Source: Vulcanimicrobiota bacterium
GTDB taxonomy: Bacteria > Vulcanimicrobiota > Xenobia > Xenobiales > JADMJV01
DNA: 64,000 bases
NCBI GenBank assembly: GCA_050250895.1
Contig: JBFWNU010000001.1
Coordinates: 1,096,008 to 1,160,007, forward strand
Direction: 5' to 3'
Below the pieces are notes generated by a model that was not told the origin of the DNA, did no database searches, and saw only the letters and a list, made by a program, of their open reading frames with translations. Each line of letters begins with the position of its first letter. Positions within the stretch are counted from its first letter, which is position 1. Made by a program: the position numbers and the translations under genes. Below, piece after piece: positions 58,750 through 64,000 of the stretch.

Positions 58750-58883
58750 CTGAGTGAGACCGGGCCAGGGAGGGTCGGTTAGGGAATCGGCCATGACGCT
58801 GAAAACTTGAGGGCTTAGCCATCTCCGGCGGCGGTCAAAGTTGGTGTGGTTAACGGACTAGGCAGGCGAGCCGGGCTCCCAAA

Positions 58884-58911
58884 CTGCCGTCTACCGTCTG
58901 ACGACTACCGG
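58884..58911. repeat. heptamer array (CTACCGT family), second copy
   Basis: ctgccgt-ctaccgt-ctgacga-ctaccgg. Confidence 0.65.
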
Positions 58912-58927
58912 CTGGAAAACCCGTCTG

Positions 58928-61900
58928 TTAGAAACGGACCGCGAGTAGTGAAAAGTCGTCGGTGATACGCTCGCGCGTGAATTTGCGGATGCGTGTATAG
59001 AGGCGGTTCACCAGGCGCTGGGCTGAATTGCCGGTGTGCTCTTTGAGCACCTCGAAGACACGCTCCAGGCCGAAGAACTCACCCGATGGGCTACGCGCCT
59101 CGGTCAGGCCGTCGGTGTAGAGCAAAATCCAGGCATCCTTCGGGACTTCGATAGTACCCTGTTCGAAGGTGGCTCCGTCGAGAGCGCCCAGTACGATGCC
59201 ATCGGCTCGGAGAAGAACCGGCTCTTGCGCTCCGGGAACCCAGAAGATGGGGGGCTCGTGGCCGGCACAAGCAAAGGTCAGCGTGCGGGCGTCGAGGTCT
59301 GCCTCAGCATAGAAGACGGTGACCTGGCGGGCCATGTCAGAGTCGGACAGATGCCGATTGAGCATCTCGAGGATCTTTCCCGGCTCATAGTTGGCCATGG
59401 CATAGGACTTGATGACGTGTTTGGCCCGGGCCGTCTGGATGGCCGCATCCGGGCCCTTACCCGAGACATCGGCGATCACCAGGGCGCAGCGCCGCGGACC
59501 CAGAGGGATCAGATCGTAATAGTCGCCAGATAGGTCCATGGAGGGGATGAATCGATGGCCCACGGTTAGGCCGGGAAAGTCCAGCCGTTCTTTGGGAATA
59601 AGAGCACCTCGCAGCAGCTCGGTGACCCTCTCCTTGTCGGCGTAGAGCCTGGCGTTCTCGATGGCCACCGCCGCCTGGCTACCCATGGCGGTCAAAAGAT
59701 TTAGTTGGGCCGGGGTGTGGGTGGTGATGTCGCGGTAATAGACGTTGACCAGTCCGATGGTTCGACCGCGGGTCTTGATGGGCACGCTCAGAATGGTTCG
59801 CAAGCCCTCGGAACGGACGGTGGCAGGAAAGCGATTGCCGTCTTCGCCGTCGCGGTCGAACAAGACCATGGGTTGGCCGGTCTTGGCCGCCAGGCCCGCC
59901 ACTCCGCGACCGACCGGGATAGGCTTGCGGTGGCGCTCGGTCTGAATGCCTTCGGCGGCCTTCAGCAGCAGATTCGAGCCTTCGAGCAGCATCAGCGAGC
60001 AAGCGTCGGCGCGCAGAATCTCGCGAACGTGATGCACGATCTCGTCGAGCACACGGTCGAGTCGCAAGGTCGAGGTCACCGCTTTGCTGACCTCGAACAG
60101 GGTGCCCAGTTCGCCCATCTTGAAGCGAATCATCCCGTGCAAGCGGGCGTTCTCGACCGCGATGGCGGCCTGGTTGGCAAAGCCCCGGAGCAACCGAATC
60201 TCTTGCTGGCGGAAGCGGATGCTGGGTTTGACGAAGCAGTTGAGCACGCCGACCATCTTCTTCTTGGCGATCAGAGGCACCGACAGCAGCCCGCCAAATC
60301 CCGAACGCTGGAGAATGTCAGGCACGATGCCCGGCTCACTACCCGGTTCTATGTAGTGGGAAAAGGCACGCTTGCGCTCGACGGCGGTCTTGGCCACCTT
60401 GGCCTGCAGCGATGGATCGAGCAACTCTTCAGGCAGTCCCACACTGGTTTCAAGGCGGAAGCTTTCTCCGATTTCGTCGAGCACCAGCAGAGCACAGGCA
60501 GAGTGCTCGAGCAGTTCGACGGCTTGATCGACGATGAGGCGTATGACCTTGGTCAGGCTCAGGGTGCCAGTGATGGCCGTGGACACCTGATAGAGGGCCT
60601 TCAGGGGACCGAGGTTCTCTTGCAGTTGCTGGATCAGGCTGGCTCGGTGGATAGCATTTGCCACCTGCAGCGAGAGGGTCATAATGCGGCGGGTGGTGGA
60701 GGGTGGGAAGTGGTGGGCCCCCCGCGACGAGTCAAGGTAGATCAAACCCAAAAGACGCTCTTGCGCGCGCAGGGGCACCATCAGGCACGAGGCTGTCGGC
60801 AACAGTGAACAGAGGCGCCCCACTCCCGAATTATCGGTGGGAGCAGAGTCAAAGACCAACGGCTTGCCCTGGTTGAGGCTTTCACGAAATTCTCCCGAGA
60901 GTTGCGATAAATGCAGGCGAAATTCATCGAAGAACTGGCGCTGGTCAGGCGAGAGGCCGGTAGCGGCCACCACCGTCAGGAAAGAACGATGGCTGTCTTT
61001 GAGCAAGATCAGGCAACGGTCGACCTCGGCGATGCGGGCCAAAACTTCGGCTGATTGCTCGAGTACCTCGTCGAGTTCCTGCCCTTCTTCGATGGTGCGA
61101 GCAGCTTGATAGAGGGCGGTGGCCTCGCGAGCCCTCTGTTGCTCCCACTCGAAGATCTGGGCGTTCTCGATAGCCATAGCGGCCTGGGTGCCGAAAGCCT
61201 CGAGCAGGCGCAGGTCCTCGATGGGCAGATCGCTACCCTCGCACCGATCCAGGCGCAAGACCGCCTTGACCCGGTCGTGTCGAGTGATGGGAAGATAGAG
61301 TTTTGAACTCGAGCCGTTACCACCCGGGATGGTGTACGCCAGGGTAGGATTCTGGGCCTCGATCAGCTGAATCCTACCACCCTCGGCTTTGGTTAGCTTC
61401 ATAGAGAGCTCGAGGATCAGCTTGAGCAGGTCTTCGAGATTGAGGGCCGAGGCCAGGGCTGCTCCCACCTGGCCAAACCACAGCTCGACCTGTCGTTGCG
61501 AGGCCCGCAACTTCTCGTCGCGCTCGTCGCACAGTTCGGCCAGGCCGCTATTTCGACAGGCTAGCACCAGTTCGCTGAGCAGGGCCTGGGCTATCGGCTC
61601 GTAGATCCGCAGGTCGGGTTGACCTGTCCACAGCAGCACCAGCACTCCGTGGCCTCCGGGCAGGGCCAGCCATAAGCCCTGACCCTGCTCGCGGGTTAGT
61701 TCGGCGCTGGTCTCGGGGCCGTCGAGCAAGCGGGTGAACTCTTGGTAGTCGCCAGGTTCGAGTCCCGTGGTCGAGGTCCAAAACAGCGGCGCCGCCGCCT
61801 TCTCGCGATAGCCGAGCACGGCCGCTTCGCATTCAAGGGCTTGCACCACCAGTTCCAGGGCTCGTTGGCCGAAACGGCTGGGGCTGAGCCCCTCCTCGAG

Positions 61901-62311
61901 TAGTTCAAGTAGCTTGAGGCCCAGGCCCTGGGGTGGGCAGGGGGCGAGCAGAGGGCGCAGGCGCTCGAGGCTGGCGGCCAACTTCGCTTCGGAGTGCTGC
62001 CCGTTGAGGTGCCCCCCGCAGACGGTGTGGCTGCCACAGCGAAAGGCAAAGCAATTGATACCGGCGTGGCACTTGCGAATCAGGGGGCCGGCTTCGACTT
62101 CCCCCTCGAGTTGTTGGTGGAACTGGGCACAGGCTTGCGGCTTGGTGGCCAAGGAGTTCAAGCAAGTCTCGGGCAGCGGCTGATCAGGAGATAGGGGGGA
62201 AAGGTAAATAGGAAAACCCACCAGGTCAGAAACGCTCTGAACGCGCTCTCTCAGGTGGCGTAGCCTGTTTGCTTTGACTTCGCTATTGGCCACGCAGCCC
62301 CCCCGCAGCAT
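58928..62311 (-). CDS. PocR-like sensor + multiple GAF domains + SpoIIE/RsbU PP2C phosphatase
   Basis: N-terminal C..C..CHAG (PocR); repeated QAAxAIENA GAF ends; SGDYYD, DVSGKG, AGHEPP, LYTDGL and DDFS motifs. Confidence 0.9.
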   Translation of the reverse strand: MLRGGCVANSEVKANRLRHLRERVQSVSDLVGFPIYLSPLSPDQPLPETCLNSLATKPQACAQFHQQLEGEVEAGPLIRKCHAGINCFAFRCGSHTVCGGHLNGQHSEAKLAASLERLRPLLAPCPPQGLGLKLLELLEEGLSPSRFGQRALELVVQALECEAAVLGYREKAAAPLFWTSTTGLEPGDYQEFTRLLDGPETSAELTREQGQGLWLALPGGHGVLVLLWTGQPDLRIYEPIAQALLSELVLACRNSGLAELCDERDEKLRASQRQVELWFGQVGAALASALNLEDLLKLILELSMKLTKAEGGRIQLIEAQNPTLAYTIPGGNGSSSKLYLPITRHDRVKAVLRLDRCEGSDLPIEDLRLLEAFGTQAAMAIENAQIFEWEQQRAREATALYQAARTIEEGQELDEVLEQSAEVLARIAEVDRCLILLKDSHRSFLTVVAATGLSPDQRQFFDEFRLHLSQLSGEFRESLNQGKPLVFDSAPTDNSGVGRLCSLLPTASCLMVPLRAQERLLGLIYLDSSRGAHHFPPSTTRRIMTLSLQVANAIHRASLIQQLQENLGPLKALYQVSTAITGTLSLTKVIRLIVDQAVELLEHSACALLVLDEIGESFRLETSVGLPEELLDPSLQAKVAKTAVERKRAFSHYIEPGSEPGIVPDILQRSGFGGLLSVPLIAKKKMVGVLNCFVKPSIRFRQQEIRLLRGFANQAAIAVENARLHGMIRFKMGELGTLFEVSKAVTSTLRLDRVLDEIVHHVREILRADACSLMLLEGSNLLLKAAEGIQTERHRKPIPVGRGVAGLAAKTGQPMVLFDRDGEDGNRFPATVRSEGLRTILSVPIKTRGRTIGLVNVYYRDITTHTPAQLNLLTAMGSQAAVAIENARLYADKERVTELLRGALIPKERLDFPGLTVGHRFIPSMDLSGDYYDLIPLGPRRCALVIADVSGKGPDAAIQTARAKHVIKSYAMANYEPGKILEMLNRHLSDSDMARQVTVFYAEADLDARTLTFACAGHEPPIFWVPGAQEPVLLRADGIVLGALDGATFEQGTIEVPKDAWILLYTDGLTEARSPSGEFFGLERVFEVLKEHTGNSAQRLVNRLYTRIRKFTRERITDDFSLLAVRF

Positions 62312-62475
62312 CGATCAGATTGGGGAGTTCCCTAATTGATGACCCCGCGATAGTGAAGAAGAATCTGTATGAACTTCGAATTGTCTACAAGAATGATGTC
62401 TTGTTTCATATCAGAACCGCTTTACCCCGCCGAAAAAGACCATTATATCTTATCATTGTGGCTCCCGGCCGTCAA

Positions 62476-62805
62476 TCAGAGTTCGCTAAAAGAGAGGCTC
62501 CAGTAGCGTTCGGAGTCCATGACCGAGGGATAGTGAATGAGCGCCATATTGACCAGCACTTCATATTCCAGCAGTGTTTTGGTCAACAAGGTGTGGGTTT
62601 TGTCGTCGAGAGTCGGCTCGAGGTCTCGGAGCATTTCGACAATCCGGGTCTCTTGCTCCAAAATCTCGTCGGCCGTGATCTCGCCGTCTTCGATGTACTT
62701 TTGCCAACCGGCGTGATGTTCGAGGAACTCGTCTCGGTGAAGATCAAAGCCCTTGCCATCGAACCATCCGTCCCGACCCATACTCGCCTCCAGTCCTGGC
62801 CACAA
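62476..62805 (-). CDS. small acidic hypothetical protein
   Basis: About 100-aa ORF; start uncertain. Confidence 0.55.
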   Translation of the reverse strand: MWPGLEASMGRDGWFDGKGFDLHRDEFLEHHAGWQKYIEDGEITADEILEQETRIVEMLRDLEPTLDDKTHTLLTKTLLEYEVLVNMALIHYPSVMDSERYWSLSFSEL

Positions 62806-62873
62806 CGCTTTGACATCAGGTCGAATCTCCCTTTTACGGAGGGGCCTTCCCGGCCGGTGCTAAATTAAGCCAG

Positions 62874-63425
62874 GTGACCGGTCCGGCTGAGGAGAGGCTC
62901 AGGCTCAAACGCAGCACGGCAGCAGCGATGCTGGTCACTTTGACCTGTCTGGTGCAGGTGCTCAGCCCCCCCGGCTCCGCCCTTAAACTCACCGGATTTC
63001 CCATTATCTTGTCAGGATTCTTGTTGGGGCCTGGCTACGGCGCCATGGTGGGGGCCGTGAGCGATATTCTCGGTTACCTGCTTTATCCAGCCGGCCCGTT
63101 CTTTCCCGGGTTCACCCTGACCCAGGCCCTGACCGGGGCACTACCGGCAGCCATCTTTGGACGGCGCGAGATTCACAAGCTGGGTTGGAAGGCGCTGCCC
63201 TGGCTATTGTTGGCCATTGCCGTCGGCCAACTGGTCACCTCGGTGCTGATGGTGAGCGGATTTTTGTATTGGCTGTATGAACTGCCCTTCTGGGCGCAGG
63301 CGACTTATCGTGGGCTCGCCCAGTTGGTTCACGTGCCTCTTTATGCCTGGCTTGCCTGGAAGGTGCTCGACAGTCTCGAAGCGGACCCCCGGGTGGCCGG
63401 TGAGTTGGCCCGGCTCAGACCCTGA
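62874..63425 (+). CDS. ECF transporter S component, folate (FolT) family
   Basis: G.LLGPGYGAMVGAVSDILG...PAGPFFPGFTL motif. Confidence 0.82.
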   Translation: MTGPAEERLRLKRSTAAAMLVTLTCLVQVLSPPGSALKLTGFPIILSGFLLGPGYGAMVGAVSDILGYLLYPAGPFFPGFTLTQALTGALPAAIFGRREIHKLGWKALPWLLLAIAVGQLVTSVLMVSGFLYWLYELPFWAQATYRGLAQLVHVPLYAWLAWKVLDSLEADPRVAGELARLRP

Positions 63426-64000
63426 CTCGAACGATGTAGTCTCGGATGGCCTCGAGTTGACGGGGCGCGATGGTGGCCGGCAGGGGGTCGCCCGGGGCCA
63501 CCAGATCAAACCGCGAGTGGACGACGTCCCCCACGTGGCGTTGGAGCTCGAGGAACGACATCGTCGGCAGGCGGGTTTCGTCGAGCCCACCCATCAGGCG
63601 CCCCGGCCAATAGAGGGCAACCTTTTCCAGGCTTGGGCCGGTGGCCGTCGACCATTGCAAGAACTCGGCCGGCAGCCCCATCAGGGGCTTGAGATACAAG
63701 CGCGACCCCCGGACGTGCAGGATGCGGAACTCGGCTCCCGAGGCCGCCTCGAGCAGCTGTTGATCATAGGGGAGGCCCAGCTCGCTGTACTCCTCGGGAG
63801 TCATCAGGTCGTGGCTGGGACCCTCGAGCTCGAAGGCGACAGCCGTGGCTCCGGCCTCGATGATGGCCCGGGTGTAGTTGGTCAGGCAGGCTGTGATGGC
63901 TTGCAGGGCGTGGGTCAGATAAGAGGGGTGCTCTCGTCCGCTTTTGCGAGCCAGTTCGAAAGCCCCTAACCGGCGTAGCACCGACCACGGGTTGGGAATG
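63415..64000 (-). CDS. uroporphyrinogen decarboxylase / MtaA family protein (5' end outside window)
   Basis: IEAGA.A, MTPEEY...LPYD, ILHV.G, LMGGLD and VAPGD motifs; frame stays open to the window edge. Confidence 0.75.
   Translation of the reverse strand, partial: IPNPWSVLRRLGAFELARKSGREHPSYLTHALQAITACLTNYTRAIIEAGATAVAFELEGPSHDLMTPEEYSELGLPYDQQLLEAASGAEFRILHVRGSRLYLKPLMGLPAEFLQWSTATGPSLEKVALYWPGRLMGGLDETRLPTMSFLELQRHVGDVVHSRFDLVAPGDPLPATIAPRQLEAIRDYIVRVRV

Noticed and set aside
62806-62873. THF riboswitch ahead of the FolT-like gene (and a pan motif ahead of panT)
   Set aside because: Spacers are short and divergent, with no recognisable aptamer consensus

Overview
This is an origin-of-replication region from a GC-rich (roughly 60-65% by eye) bacterium with Terrabacteria-like gene content (rimP-nusA-ylxR-infB, ECF S components, RsbU-type phosphatase, a Bacillus-style oriC unwinding element) plus MlaFED. 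That combination suggests a diderm Terrabacteria lineage such as Eremiobacterota or Armatimonadota; this is inference only. Left to right: (1) a complex I-like operon nuoA-B-C-D-H-J-K-//-L-M-N that lacks nuoEFG and nuoI and is split by an antisense M48/YgjP gene; (2) panT-coaX; (3) a four-gene cluster (class III aminotransferase, SRPBCC protein, acyl-ACP-reductase-like protein, divergent paralogue) followed by lysS-alr; (4) rpsU; (5) an accessory island with two pseudokinases, a secreted protein and a toxin stub; (6) mlaEFD, rnpB, a soluble FlhB(C)-FlhA(C) fusion coupled to a membrane protein, and a maltose-type ABC transporter; (7) a minus-strand run from rpmH to recR that includes parAB, a parS site and dnaX; (8) a bipartite oriC around dnaA; (9) dnaN followed directly by a truncated rimP and nusA-ylxR-infB-rbfA; (10) a third DnaA-box cluster upstream of a Zn-finger/HTH gene; (11) a PocR-GAF-SpoIIE phosphatase. 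The best candidates for undescribed systems are the FlhB-FlhA cytoplasmic fusion module, the putative fatty-amine synthesis operon and the DnaA-box-flanked Zn-finger/HTH gene. All calls come from motif recognition by eye; no searches were run.
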